NCBI GenBank assembly: GCA_027451385.1
Contig: DAIDJJ010000005.1
Span: forward strand, 1 to 40,044
Origin: Spirochaetales bacterium
Lineage (GTDB): Bacteria > Spirochaetota > Spirochaetia > JABEVK01
Direction: 5' to 3'
DNA length: 40,044 nt
A program made the translations under genes and the position numbers. The number at the start of each line of letters is the position of its first letter. Within the stretch, counting starts at the first letter, position 1. Under the pieces are notes generated by a model, which was given only the letters and a program-made list of their open reading frames with translations, ran no database searches and was not told the origin of the DNA. Below are positions 19,488 through 29,228 of this stretch, piece after piece.

Positions 19488-22400
19488 TTAAACCGTCACC
19501 CAGGTGACACGAATCTCCTGCCATTCCCCAGCTTCAAACTTTTTCAAAGCCGGTCCGGCAATGGAGAGCTTTCCTTCGACCGTGCCAGCAACCTTCTCGC
19601 GAGTCCCGTCTTTCGCGACAAATTCGAGGCTGGGATTACTTCCCGGTGTTAACACAAACGAGGTTCGGCGATACTGAAAACGAATCTCGCCCCGCAGTTC
19701 TAGGCCTTCCAGTAAAGCCGGTTCGATTAATAAACGACCCTCTTTCCATCTCAAGCCCAATTCTCCCCATCGGGTCAGAACTTCTTCTTTGACTTGGCCT
19801 GTCATACCGGGTTGTTGAGCCCCCGCCATCGACGGTGTATGGGAATACGGGTCGAAGGGGAACGCCCCATAGTCTTGAACGGTTTTGCGGTAGCCCAAAC
19901 CATTGCGGATGTTTTGGTAAGCTTGCTTCCAAAAAGCAACATCTTTTTGCTGATCCCAAGCATTCCAAAAGTTCTCTTGAACGGCGAGGAGAAGTTTGGA
20001 CACCATGTGCCAGTACACACACCCCAAACCTTCGTAGCCGAACATCGTTCCCGAACGGCCTGTAAATTCTTTGTGCTTGAACACCAGTTCATAGCGATCG
20101 CCCAGACGCTTTCCTTCGGCTTCGACTAAAGGAGCCCAGGTCTTATCACTAGCCAGTTTAGTCAACAGGGCCTCAAGGTCTTCTCGGTTCGCCAAATCTG
20201 GTCCAAAGCGGAGGGTCCCATCCGGATCTTTTTGAATGAGGTCTTCACGGCGATCCTGAACGGCTTTTTGGACCAAGGCCATGCTGGCCGTTTCGTTATC
20301 TAAGCGATTTTTCTCCCAGAAAGCAGGCAAGGCACGGTCCGGATACAGCAGATAGGTATTTTTCGAGGGGTCATAGAGGGGACTTTTCGCCAAGGTTTGC
20401 ACCAGTTCTTGAGCTTGCTCAAGGCTAAGGAATCCGCTGGAGAGGATGGCAACTTGTCCTTCGAGCATGGGGTAGAGTTCTGACAATTCAACGCGTCCTG
20501 GTTGCAAATCTACCAAGTTGTAAGACTGCCACAAGCCATCTTTGCGCTTTAAAACCCCAAGGCTGGCGTCCACAGCGGCAAGAGCTGTCGTGACAAACTC
20601 CTTCACTTCCGAAGCACTAAGGACTTCTGTGGACGTTTGATCGCTGTAGACCGACTTTCTCCAGGTTTCTGCCGCCAAGCCCAAATCGTGGACAACCTTG
20701 TAACGGTGTACGCTGTCTTGAACCTTTTGGGCAGCCTCGCTCAACAGGGGGAGCTGGGCTTTCAGGAACGCCCGAGTGGAGGAACTTGCGGTAAAGTCAC
20801 CCGCTTTGGCGGCAAAAGCTCCTAAGAAGACCAAGAAACGGCGCAAATAGGCCAAACTGACCACCGAGACCCCATAACCCACCAAGGCGTTATTCGCATC
20901 GTTCCATTCCGGACGTTGTGTGTTCAGCCAAAGGCCACAACCAGGTATCAGGTTGGCGGTTTTGACGAGGACATCTATGAAAATCTTGTCCGCCATCGTC
21001 GTCAAAAGCGGCTGTCCCTGGGCATCTGTCACCAATCGCCCATCAAAGCCGATGGCCTTCACACGAGACATCGCCTTATCATGGGCGGCTTCATCAAACG
21101 AGACCGTCTTTTTCGGGTGTGCATAGGTGTCTTCAAAACCGGCCAAGCGGTAGGGGACATCTGCGGTGGCAAAAATCGACTTGTTCCATAGAGATTCCAA
21201 CAAGCCGGGTCGGGAAGCTTGGGCCAATTCTAAGAATTTCAGCAGGTAAATCAGTTGGTGATCTCCCCAATACCCGATATTGCTCCACGGGTTATCGTGT
21301 TCGACCACTTCCCAATCCACACCTGAGCGGCCAATTCGGTAGGGGTTATAGCCGTCTCGTGACATGGCAGACAGGAACTTGGTCACAAAACCGTCCAGGA
21401 ATTCTGGCCAGCTCCACGCTAAGGCTTCCCAGTTTTGGAAAATATCGCGCCAGTTTCCTTCGTAGGCCAACAACCGATGCCCTTCTTCGTCTCGAATTCG
21501 GATCGAGAATCTATTCCAGGGACGACTGGGGTCACCGTGACGACGGCTAAACGAGAGCGGGAGATATTCCCGAAATAAGCGTTCGAGTTGAGCGTCTTTT
21601 TGGGCCAGAACAAGCTCTTCTAAGCGGCTTCGGCTGAATTGTTCGGGTAACTCGGCCAGAACTTTTTGAAACTTCTGTGCCACAGGGGCATTCCACTGGG
21701 TCACAAACTTCACAAAGTCTCGGCTTGAAATGGTAAGACCGTCGGGGAACACCCCACCGCGCTGTACGTTGAAAAGAACGTTGGACGCATGGTGAGCCAC
21801 GGTCATCGGGTCAGGTCCGCTTTGCTCGTAGTCTGCCATTGCCAACAAGGAGGCGAGTCCAACCCGGTTTTCTTCGACGGCGGCTTCGACGGCCGCTAAC
21901 GAACGGGCGCCATTCCGAAGCTCTGTCGCCAAAGAAACCGTCTGACTTTGTGTCAGGGGACCTTCCAAGACTTGAACCCAAGTCGCCGTCTGACCGGCTC
22001 CTAGAACACGATACTCAAGGAAACACCCGGGCTGGCCTCTCGTCAACGATTCTGTTTCGAGAACGCCTGCATTCAAAAACGCCGACACTTGTCGACGAGA
22101 CAAGAGCACCTTATCGGCCTTGTCTCCAGCGGTCCATACCGCCAAAGCCCGCAACGATTCTTTCGGTTCGGCGCGGTCCCAAATTTGGGCATAAAGGGTG
22201 AACAAGCCTAGCCGTCCCCCCTCGTGCAATTCATTCCATTTATAAGCATGAGTCAAACTCGATAAATCATTTTGGAGGCGGTTACTGACGCCGGGGGGAA
22301 CCAAACCGACCAGTCCATCCAGAACTTCAGCGCGCATCACTTGCCGTCCCAGTTCGAGATGGACTCGCCTCACCAGCCCCAGCTTTGTAAAGCTCCATTC

Positions 22401-22796
22401 GTACGAAAAGACCGAGTCCGTCACGGGGTCGCGTTCTTCAAAAACGACTAAACTTCCTAGTTCATCCTTCATCAAAGAGCGGGGAGCCTTCTCTTGCTGA
22501 GAAACATAGAAGGGCTGCCAGAACCGTGTTGTGCCGTCCTTGAGGGTTAACCGAAACCAGGACCGAGGGCCAACGGACTCCCAGCGGGTATGAATTTTAT
22601 CCACCGTTTCATACGGAAAAAAGGAGCCTTCCGAGTCCTTGCGGCCAGCAGCTAGTGAGCCGTTGGTCGAGATAAACGCCCATAAGTCACCGTCTCCTGC
22701 CATTGATAAGAAAAACGGTTCTAACTTTTCTACACCATCTATCCGGTATAGCCGCTTGCCGTTTCGTTCAAAGAAGTATCCATTGATCGAAGCCAT
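19488..22796 (-). CDS. Probable GH149-family beta-1,3-glucan phosphorylase
   Basis: 1102 aa, no signal peptide; FSRRHGDPSRPWN.F, YEGNWRDIFQNWEAL, GYWGDHQ, NTQRPEWNDANNALVG, GYEGLG..YWHMVSKL, QQPGMTGQVKEE recalled as GH149 conserved blocks. Confidence 0.78.
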   Translation of the reverse strand: MASINGYFFERNGKRLYRIDGVEKLEPFFLSMAGDGDLWAFISTNGSLAAGRKDSEGSFFPYETVDKIHTRWESVGPRSWFRLTLKDGTTRFWQPFYVSQQEKAPRSLMKDELGSLVVFEERDPVTDSVFSYEWSFTKLGLVRRVHLELGRQVMRAEVLDGLVGLVPPGVSNRLQNDLSSLTHAYKWNELHEGGRLGLFTLYAQIWDRAEPKESLRALAVWTAGDKADKVLLSRRQVSAFLNAGVLETESLTRGQPGCFLEYRVLGAGQTATWVQVLEGPLTQSQTVSLATELRNGARSLAAVEAAVEENRVGLASLLAMADYEQSGPDPMTVAHHASNVLFNVQRGGVFPDGLTISSRDFVKFVTQWNAPVAQKFQKVLAELPEQFSRSRLEELVLAQKDAQLERLFREYLPLSFSRRHGDPSRPWNRFSIRIRDEEGHRLLAYEGNWRDIFQNWEALAWSWPEFLDGFVTKFLSAMSRDGYNPYRIGRSGVDWEVVEHDNPWSNIGYWGDHQLIYLLKFLELAQASRPGLLESLWNKSIFATADVPYRLAGFEDTYAHPKKTVSFDEAAHDKAMSRVKAIGFDGRLVTDAQGQPLLTTMADKIFIDVLVKTANLIPGCGLWLNTQRPEWNDANNALVGYGVSVVSLAYLRRFLVFLGAFAAKAGDFTASSSTRAFLKAQLPLLSEAAQKVQDSVHRYKVVHDLGLAAETWRKSVYSDQTSTEVLSASEVKEFVTTALAAVDASLGVLKRKDGLWQSYNLVDLQPGRVELSELYPMLEGQVAILSSGFLSLEQAQELVQTLAKSPLYDPSKNTYLLYPDRALPAFWEKNRLDNETASMALVQKAVQDRREDLIQKDPDGTLRFGPDLANREDLEALLTKLASDKTWAPLVEAEGKRLGDRYELVFKHKEFTGRSGTMFGYEGLGCVYWHMVSKLLLAVQENFWNAWDQQKDVAFWKQAYQNIRNGLGYRKTVQDYGAFPFDPYSHTPSMAGAQQPGMTGQVKEEVLTRWGELGLRWKEGRLLIEPALLEGLELRGEIRFQYRRTSFVLTPGSNPSLEFVAKDGTREKVAGTVEGKLSIAGPALKKFEAGEWQEIRVTWVTV

Positions 22797-22831
22797 GCCT
22801 CTCTCCTTTTTTGTTGTTATCAGTAAGAAAC

Positions 22832-22891
22832 TGAAAAATTTTCAAAATGTTTGCGTTTTCTTATAGTAAATCACGTCATTCCGCTTGTCAA
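22832..22891 (-). promoter_or_regulatory. Sigma70 promoter of the GH149 gene with a candidate LacI operator
   Basis: Minus strand TTGACA(22891-22886)-N17-TACTAT(22868-22863); palindrome TGAAAA-A-TTTTCA at 22832-22844 downstream. Confidence 0.6.
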
Positions 22892-22962
22892 TAAAATCGA
22901 GAATACGTATACAATGATTTTCATCCGCAAAGAATGAAAGCTCTTTGCCAAGGAGGAAGCCT

Positions 22963-23988
22963 ATGGCCAACCAGCGTGATGTTGCCAAACTTGCCGGAGT
23001 TTCCTCGGCTTCGGTATCTCGATTTTTGACTAACCCTCGTTTAGTCACGCCTAAAGTCGCGGCAGCAGTCGAGCGGGCGATCGCCACCCTCGACTATCGA
23101 CTCGACCACTCCGCTCAAACGCTCAAAACCGGCAAGAGCTTCCACGTGGGACTTCTTTCGCCAGCGTTAGGGTCGTACCATTCGAATATTTTCCAAGCCG
23201 TCGAAAATCAGCTCGCCAAAGAAGGCTACTATTGCACGATCTTTGATACCCTGGGTCCAGACTCGCGGAGGGCCGCTCAATCCCGTTCTTTGCTCCCGAT
23301 TATGCGCGGTAAGCAAATCGATGGGGCCCTCTTTCTCCCCTTAAATACCGCCGACGACGATTTGACGATTGAACAGTTGCGTGATTGGGGACATCCGTAC
23401 GTCATCCTAGACCGCAATTTGGCCATACCCGGTATTCCGCAAATTGTCATCGATAATTATCGGGCAGGCCGACTAGCAGCAAAAAAGCTCATTTCTCTCG
23501 GTCATAAAGACTTTCTGTTTATTTGGGGTCTTCAGGACTTTCCCTCTGCCAGGGACCGCTTTGCCGGCTTTCGCGATGAACTACGCGAAGCAGACATCCC
23601 GCTTTCCTTTGACCGTCAATTGGAAGGGGACTTTTTAGCCTCGCACACCTACCGCATTACCCGGTCGATTTGGTCTCGACTTCCCCATTTCACGGCCGTT
23701 TTTGCCGCGAATGACCCGTCGGCACTTGGGTTTCTCAAAGCCGCCCGAGAAGAAGGTTTGGACTGTCCCCGAGATTTTTCGTTGATTGGGTTTGACGATG
23801 ACGAAGAGCTGAGTTCTCTGTTTGGCTTTCCTTTGGCCACCTTTCGCCAACCGGTTGCAGAGCTTGGTGTCAGGGGCGCCCAGATGTTGCTCGACCTCTT
23901 GAAAGGCAACCCCGTCGACCCCACCAAAGTTACCCTGAGCGTTGAGTTCATCGAACGAGGCTCCTTGGCGGAGCCGCCTGCTCGATAG
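22963..23988 (+). CDS. LacI-family transcriptional regulator
   Basis: DVAKLAGVS.ASVSR HTH, sugar-binding domain, P.DFSLIGFDD; AGGAGG RBS supports ATG at 22963. Confidence 0.93.
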   Translation: MANQRDVAKLAGVSSASVSRFLTNPRLVTPKVAAAVERAIATLDYRLDHSAQTLKTGKSFHVGLLSPALGSYHSNIFQAVENQLAKEGYYCTIFDTLGPDSRRAAQSRSLLPIMRGKQIDGALFLPLNTADDDLTIEQLRDWGHPYVILDRNLAIPGIPQIVIDNYRAGRLAAKKLISLGHKDFLFIWGLQDFPSARDRFAGFRDELREADIPLSFDRQLEGDFLASHTYRITRSIWSRLPHFTAVFAANDPSALGFLKAAREEGLDCPRDFSLIGFDDDEELSSLFGFPLATFRQPVAELGVRGAQMLLDLLKGNPVDPTKVTLSVEFIERGSLAEPPAR

Positions 23989-24011
23989 GGTCTCGCGTCC
24001 GGAAACAGCGG

Positions 24012-24749
24012 CTAATCCAGCACTACGGCCATCCCATGAAAGGTAGAAAAGCCGTCTAAAAACTCTTTCCAGCTCACCCACCCCCGACCTACGACGGGAT
24101 TACGATTTCGCCCATGCCAAGCCCCGTTCAAGGGGTCATTGACGAGAACTCCCTCAGCATTCCACCCCACCACCAGGACAGCGTGTTCGTAGACACCACT
24201 GGCGGGGTCGGGGTAAACCACGAGCTTACCGGTCCAAGTCTTCCAGGTGGCTAAAGGGGACCAGCGCATACGACCAGCCCGGTCGCCCACCCAGGCAATG
24301 ATGGGGTGATTTTCGCTTAAAAATTGTTTAACCTTGTGTTGAGTCAGCCCGACCCCCCACCACAAAACCTTGCCATGAAACAACTGCGCCAGACGGGCGA
24401 TATTGGGAGCATAGGTCCCGTAGCCCGAAGCTGAGGTGTAGCGGGTACTGATCGAAGCCGAATTGGGTTCCCCCACAAAGGAGGTATCAGGGTCTCCCCA
24501 ACGGATCACCCTGCCTTTCGCGTCGACTTCAGGTCCTTTGGTTTGAACATTTTCCTGAGCCATCAACTCTTGCTGACTGACCCGAATCCCTTCATGAGCC
24601 AAGGCCATTTGCAAGGCTGCGGTCTCGCAGTCTTCGGTCATCACCTGCCCTTCATACGGCGCCGGCGTCACCACATGCGGTAATGGTAGTGCCGAAACCT
24701 CAAACGGTAAGGCTAAACTAAGTCCAACCAACCAACCCATTTTTCTCAT
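24012..24749 (-). CDS. Secreted peptidase C39-like protein
   Basis: Signal peptide, CE.AALQMAL (Cys), GDP...FVG, EHAVLVVG (His), VNDP; start chosen at the ATG behind a GGAAGGA RBS. Confidence 0.75.
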   Translation of the reverse strand: MRKMGWLVGLSLALPFEVSALPLPHVVTPAPYEGQVMTEDCETAALQMALAHEGIRVSQQELMAQENVQTKGPEVDAKGRVIRWGDPDTSFVGEPNSASISTRYTSASGYGTYAPNIARLAQLFHGKVLWWGVGLTQHKVKQFLSENHPIIAWVGDRAGRMRWSPLATWKTWTGKLVVYPDPASGVYEHAVLVVGWNAEGVLVNDPLNGAWHGRNRNPVVGRGWVSWKEFLDGFSTFHGMAVVLD

Positions 24750-24853
24750 TCGCACATTCCTTCCCTTAAACCTATAGGCACAAGCTCGGAAAAACGTCAA
24801 GAGTGGGACTTGGACCTCTTGCCCGAAGAAGACTGAGCTGATATTTCATAGGG

Positions 24854-25141
24854 ATGCCACGACACCAAGCCGGCGGAAAACTTACCAAAAGTCACACCAC
24901 CCTCATTGATGCGGCAGAACCCGTGGTCGAATGGCTCCAGAAAGCCGAAGCTGTCAGTAAAATCTCACTAGGACTCATCAAGGTGATCGGCCGTGGAAAA
25001 CCGGGATTGAAGTTCCATCCGGTCACAGGCGGATGGAAGTTAGTCATCCGAGGCAATATCAGCCTTCAAGAGCTTGTGGTATACACCTCAGAGCCTGAAA
25101 AGCTCCGTCAACAAGTTGAACAGCAATTCGGTTCGACTTAA
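24854..25141 (+). CDS. DUF2103-like small protein
   Basis: SHTTLI..., V.KISLG.I, KL..RG..S.QE..VYT pattern. Confidence 0.65.
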   Translation: MPRHQAGGKLTKSHTTLIDAAEPVVEWLQKAEAVSKISLGLIKVIGRGKPGLKFHPVTGGWKLVIRGNISLQELVVYTSEPEKLRQQVEQQFGST

Positions 25142-25178
25142 GAGATTTTTCTGAGAAACTCTTTCATCCAGTCCTTTT

Positions 25179-26288
25179 TTGACCGATAGTGATAAGGTGA
25201 ACTTTATAACCTTCCTTGCTGTGCTGGGTTTGGTACTGGCTCTTTTTAGCAAGTTCAGAGAACAGCGATGGCACAAAGTTAGTCTGACTCTTTTAAAAGA
25301 AGGTAAACCGGAGTCCATCGCTAAACTGCCCTCAAAATGGTACCTGAGCACCCCTCTTAGGGCGTTACAGAAATCTTGGGAAGAAGAAATCCAAAAAAAA
25401 GATCAACAGATCGCCGACTTGACCGCGGCGAAAGAAGAAGCTCAACAGCAAGTAACACTTCAAGCTCAAGCCCAGGAGGCGTTAACTCAGCAGGTTGAAG
25501 AGTTTCGCGTTCACGGGCAGTCATTTTTACAAAAGATGTTGTCTTTGCAGGAACAAGCTTTCGAGGTCATGTCTTACAACCAGACGTTGATGGTAGAAAT
25601 GGCAGGTCAAGAACTAGAAACCGGGATGGCCAGCGCCACCATGACCGGGATTGTTTCTAATGTTCAAGAAATCAATCAAACAGCGCACGATAAAGATATG
25701 GAAGTTGGGGGACTTAAAAAGATCGCTGAAGATGGGCAACTCCACATGGAAGGCAGTCGGAGTGCTTCGGTAAAGATTGCCCAATCAGCCTCTGAAATCA
25801 GCGAAGCCGTTACCCTCATTCAAAAGATTGCCGCGCAAAGCGGTATACTGGCGATGAATGCCGCCATTGAAGCCGCACATGCCGGCGATGCAGGCCGAGG
25901 CTTTGCCGTAGTGGCACAAGAAATGCGTTCCTTGGCAGATGAAACGGCACAAAGCTCCCAAAAGATTGCCAAAGCCATTAAGGGCACCGTGACCATCATC
26001 AAGAATGCCGATACCGCCATTGGACTGGCCGCCGATTCCTTCCAAGAACTCATTTCTGGGGTTCAGAATTTTGCCGAACAGGTGGAACGGCTCAAAGTGA
26101 AGATTGGCGAAGTCGCCGCTCAAACCACCGGAGCCGTCACCAGTATCGGCATCATCAATAAATCGATGTCCGAAATCAAAACCTCGGCTATCGAAATGAA
26201 CAGCAAAAACCTTCAGCTGATCGAAGGATTGCGGGCCACCAGTGAGTCGGCCCAACACCTTGCTCAAGAAGTTCAGCAAATGGTTTAA
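25179..26288 (+). CDS. Methyl-accepting chemotaxis protein (single TM, no obvious sensor domain)
   Basis: IA.QS.ILAMNAAIEAAHAGDAGRGFAVVA.E.R.LA hairpin tip; start codon uncertain. Confidence 0.88.
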   Translation: MTDSDKVNFITFLAVLGLVLALFSKFREQRWHKVSLTLLKEGKPESIAKLPSKWYLSTPLRALQKSWEEEIQKKDQQIADLTAAKEEAQQQVTLQAQAQEALTQQVEEFRVHGQSFLQKMLSLQEQAFEVMSYNQTLMVEMAGQELETGMASATMTGIVSNVQEINQTAHDKDMEVGGLKKIAEDGQLHMEGSRSASVKIAQSASEISEAVTLIQKIAAQSGILAMNAAIEAAHAGDAGRGFAVVAQEMRSLADETAQSSQKIAKAIKGTVTIIKNADTAIGLAADSFQELISGVQNFAEQVERLKVKIGEVAAQTTGAVTSIGIINKSMSEIKTSAIEMNSKNLQLIEGLRATSESAQHLAQEVQQMV

Positions 26289-26297
26289 GAACGGGTC

Positions 26298-26990
26298 CTA
26301 AGACTGGGTCCATTGAATGGCAGCGACATCGATCTGCTGGCCATTAGTAGCGGCTTGAGTATCATGGGTTGGTCGATAGCCGCCGCCAGGTGAAAACACA
26401 TCGGCAGCAAAAAACGGCGAACTCACTCGGGTCAAGTCGGGAGCTTGTGGTGCCTGAGCTCCATCTTTATGCCAGAACTTCAACGAGTCGACAGGCAAAG
26501 TAACTTGGTGCCAAGCTCCATCATTCACAAACCCTGCGGTGCCAGAGGCGAGTTCTGTATAAGCAAAACCATTATCACCGACATCCGATGTACCGCTTCC
26601 AAAGCCTACCAAGATTTTCCCTGGGTAAGTCGTTCTGAGCCAAAAGGTGATATGGCCCTTTGAAAATTCAGAAAGATTTACGACCGAGGATAATTGAGCC
26701 ACAATTCCCCAGCCCCAGCTCTTTGGAGACGCCGTTAGAATTGTGTAAGAACTGACGCCTTGTGGACCATCCGTTCCTCCTGGATTGGCATAAGCCGTGG
26801 TCGGGTTAGAATCCCAGCCATCCCATTGAAAGCCATCTGAAGAATTTAAGGCATAGGTTGCTTGAGTCACCGCTGCGGCAGTGGCCGATGAAGAACCTGT
26901 AGAAGCAGAACCAGATGTAGCACAGCCCACCAGCAGGGATAAGCCAGCGAGGATGACACCTCCCAGAAGTTTACCGGCGATTTTTCTCAT
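26298..26990 (-). CDS. Lipoprotein with a putative carbohydrate-binding beta-sandwich domain
   Basis: Lipobox LVG-C, Ser/Ala linker, WGWG, VNLSEF..G.I.FWL, NDG.WHQVTLP. Confidence 0.65.
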   Translation of the reverse strand: MRKIAGKLLGGVILAGLSLLVGCATSGSASTGSSSATAAAVTQATYALNSSDGFQWDGWDSNPTTAYANPGGTDGPQGVSSYTILTASPKSWGWGIVAQLSSVVNLSEFSKGHITFWLRTTYPGKILVGFGSGTSDVGDNGFAYTELASGTAGFVNDGAWHQVTLPVDSLKFWHKDGAQAPQAPDLTRVSSPFFAADVFSPGGGYRPTHDTQAATNGQQIDVAAIQWTQS

Positions 26991-27128
26991 TTATTCTCCT
27001 CCATTTTCAATTGAAACCCCAGATTATTTTCCGCGATACCGACCAAAGGTCTTAAGAATGATATTTTTCTTTTCTGATATCCACACCGGTTTTCTGAAAC
27101 CCCCAACCGTGTTATAGGTTTAGTAGGT

Positions 27129-27845
27129 ATGAGGCAAACTCAACTTCGCCCCTCGCTGTTGATGGTGCTTACCGGTTTACTCTTTTGGCTCCCGTGTGCC
27201 CTAGAAGCCGAGACGACAACCCATTCTTTCAGTTTTTCATCTCCTGGGGCTTCGGCCTTACTCAAGTTGCAAGAAGCTGGAATTGCTCCTTCGGTCATGG
27301 AAGCTTTTGCGCGAGCACACGCCGCAGAATGGAAGCTTCACGAGCCAGACTTAAGCAAACTCCGTCAGCTTGGGGTTCCTCCCTCTGTCGTGCAGGCGGC
27401 TTCAGGTGTCGAAATTGGAGCCGCCTCTGGAACTGTACCAACAACCCTGTCAGACCAGTTTTTTCGCTTGTATTTTGGCCAGCTTTTTTACCAGGGCCAT
27501 ATCTATGGCATTGATTTTGGACTCCCCCTGCACTTACGGCAAATTTTACAAAAAGATCCAGCCACGATAACCCCGTTCAAAGCTTATGAACAAAACACAT
27601 TGACCTCTCAGGTCCTCAGCTGGGGCGGACTAGGACTCCTTTTAGCTGGGGGCATCTATGGCGTGGCAACAGCAGACCCCTCCTATAATTCTGTCAACCA
27701 AACCATCAGCCTCAGTGCCGCCGCCGTGGGCGGTCTGAGTATGATTATCGGGGTGCTGTTTCACAGTGCCGCTTACGACTCGTTGTACCAAACTTTGTTG
27801 ACGTACAATCAAGATTTGCTGACCAAGTCGGGAGGTGCTCCATGA
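27129..27845 (+). CDS. Hypothetical exported/membrane protein
   Basis: Signal peptide, two L.KL...G(I/V).PSV..A helical repeats, two C-terminal hydrophobic segments; ATGA overlap with the next gene. Confidence 0.7.
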   Translation: MRQTQLRPSLLMVLTGLLFWLPCALEAETTTHSFSFSSPGASALLKLQEAGIAPSVMEAFARAHAAEWKLHEPDLSKLRQLGVPPSVVQAASGVEIGAASGTVPTTLSDQFFRLYFGQLFYQGHIYGIDFGLPLHLRQILQKDPATITPFKAYEQNTLTSQVLSWGGLGLLLAGGIYGVATADPSYNSVNQTISLSAAAVGGLSMIIGVLFHSAAYDSLYQTLLTYNQDLLTKSGGAP

Positions 27846-28312
27846 AGTTTCTGGCGTTGGCCTTCTTAGTGTTGTGTTGGGGCCCTCTGGATGGGGTCTC
27901 GGCCGCTCCCCTGAGCGAACCAGCCACTCCACTGAACGTAGCAGCCGCTCCTTTGAGCGAGCCCGCAGCTCAAGTGTTGAAGTTAGCCCAAGCCGGGGTC
28001 GGCGATGAGGTTCTCTTGGCGTATATTCGCGGCGTCAACGCCCCTTTTGCTTTGACTGCCGATAATATTATCACCTTAAATCACGATAAGATTTCGTCAG
28101 TCGTCCTGATCGCCATGCTAAATCATGATCACCCGATTACAGCTCAATCGACTCAGCTTTCTAGCTCTGCTCAACCTGCTAGCTCCGTTCCTAACCCAGA
28201 CCCTTCAGCGGTTCCGGGCTTGTCTATTTATCCTGTCCCTCCTATTCTTTGGGTCCACGAACCCTGGGAATGGGGTCCCTACTTTCATGATCACTGGTGG
28301 CATCGATGGTAA
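27842..28312 (+). CDS. Hypothetical exported protein with a His/Trp-rich C-terminus
   Basis: GGAGG RBS, signal peptide, AAPLSEPA twice, VLKLAQAGVGDEV..LTAD.II.L, tail HEPWEWGPYFHDHWWHRW. Confidence 0.7.
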   Translation: MKFLALAFLVLCWGPLDGVSAAPLSEPATPLNVAAAPLSEPAAQVLKLAQAGVGDEVLLAYIRGVNAPFALTADNIITLNHDKISSVVLIAMLNHDHPITAQSTQLSSSAQPASSVPNPDPSAVPGLSIYPVPPILWVHEPWEWGPYFHDHWWHRW

Positions 28313-29079
28313 ACGCTCCTGTTACGGCCTCCCGCCGTAGCCGCAAAGTTCCGGAAGTACGCTTTTCTTTTTGGGGAGTGAAGCTCCTCACCACCGCGAT
28401 GGGTGAGGCGGTGTCTGACTTCTTGGTTTATCACATGAACCCTTACCTTGCGGTTGGTTTGGGGGCCTTGCTCTTTGTGGTGGCGTTGTTCATTCAAATT
28501 ACCTTGCGACGCTATCGGGCGGTGGTGTATTGGACTGCGGTCACGATGGTCGCGGTCTTCGGGACTATGGCCGCCGATGCTACGCATATTGTTCTCGGTG
28601 TTCCTTACTTGTATTCCTCTTTGCTTTTTGCCGTCGCCCTTACGGCAGTATTTCTTTTGTGGTACCGCAGTGAAGGAACGCTTTCCATTCATACCATCAG
28701 CACCCAACGCCGAGAGATTTTCTATTGGCTAGCCGTGATGGCGAGCTTTGCCATGGGAACGGCCTTGGGCGATCTTACCGCCTTTGGTCTTCATGCGGGA
28801 CTTGGTGCCTCGGTGGTGATTTACGCGGTGCTTTTTTCACTCCCCTGGCTTACGAAAAAGATTTGGCGAAGCGAAACGGCCGCGTTTTGGTTTTCGTATG
28901 TGATGACCCGTCCCTTAGGGGCTTCCCTAGCTGACTGGATGGATATGCCGCACCACCTAGGGGGACTGGGTTGGGGTCGGGGCACCGTGGGGTCGCTTCT
29001 GAGTATTCTTCTCGCCTTGGCAGTGGCTTGGGTCGCAGTCAAGAAAATCGATACTCCTGACCCCCAGGCTACTGAGTAA
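28306..29079 (+). CDS. COG4705/DUF347-family membrane protein
   Basis: KVPEV...FW.VK...T.MGE..SD, GTLSIHTI.T.RRE.FYW, FA.GTALGD, FW..Y..TRPLGAS.AD. Confidence 0.85.
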   Translation: MVNAPVTASRRSRKVPEVRFSFWGVKLLTTAMGEAVSDFLVYHMNPYLAVGLGALLFVVALFIQITLRRYRAVVYWTAVTMVAVFGTMAADATHIVLGVPYLYSSLLFAVALTAVFLLWYRSEGTLSIHTISTQRREIFYWLAVMASFAMGTALGDLTAFGLHAGLGASVVIYAVLFSLPWLTKKIWRSETAAFWFSYVMTRPLGASLADWMDMPHHLGGLGWGRGTVGSLLSILLALAVAWVAVKKIDTPDPQATE

Positions 29080-29088
29080 ACCCGTCTA

Positions 29089-29170
29089 GAATCATGAGTG
29101 AAGGCCCACTTCTGTCATGAGTGTGAGTGCTCGACTGTCATGAGTGTGGCCCTTCTACTGTCATGACAGT
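29089..29170. repeat. Four-unit array with 23-bp period centred on TCATGA
   Basis: TCATGA at 29092, 29115, 29138, 29161; core (ctg)TCATGA(gtg) separated by variable 11-nt spacers. Confidence 0.9.
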
Positions 29171-29228
29171 CAAGCTTGAAAGACTGCAGAGGGTTGGAAA
29201 AACCGAGCCCTAGCGGTGACAGTGGATG

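Noticed and set aside
29089-29170. CRISPR array interpretation of the 23-bp repeats
   Set aside because: 12-nt repeats and 11-nt spacers are far below CRISPR sizes, and there are no cas genes in the window
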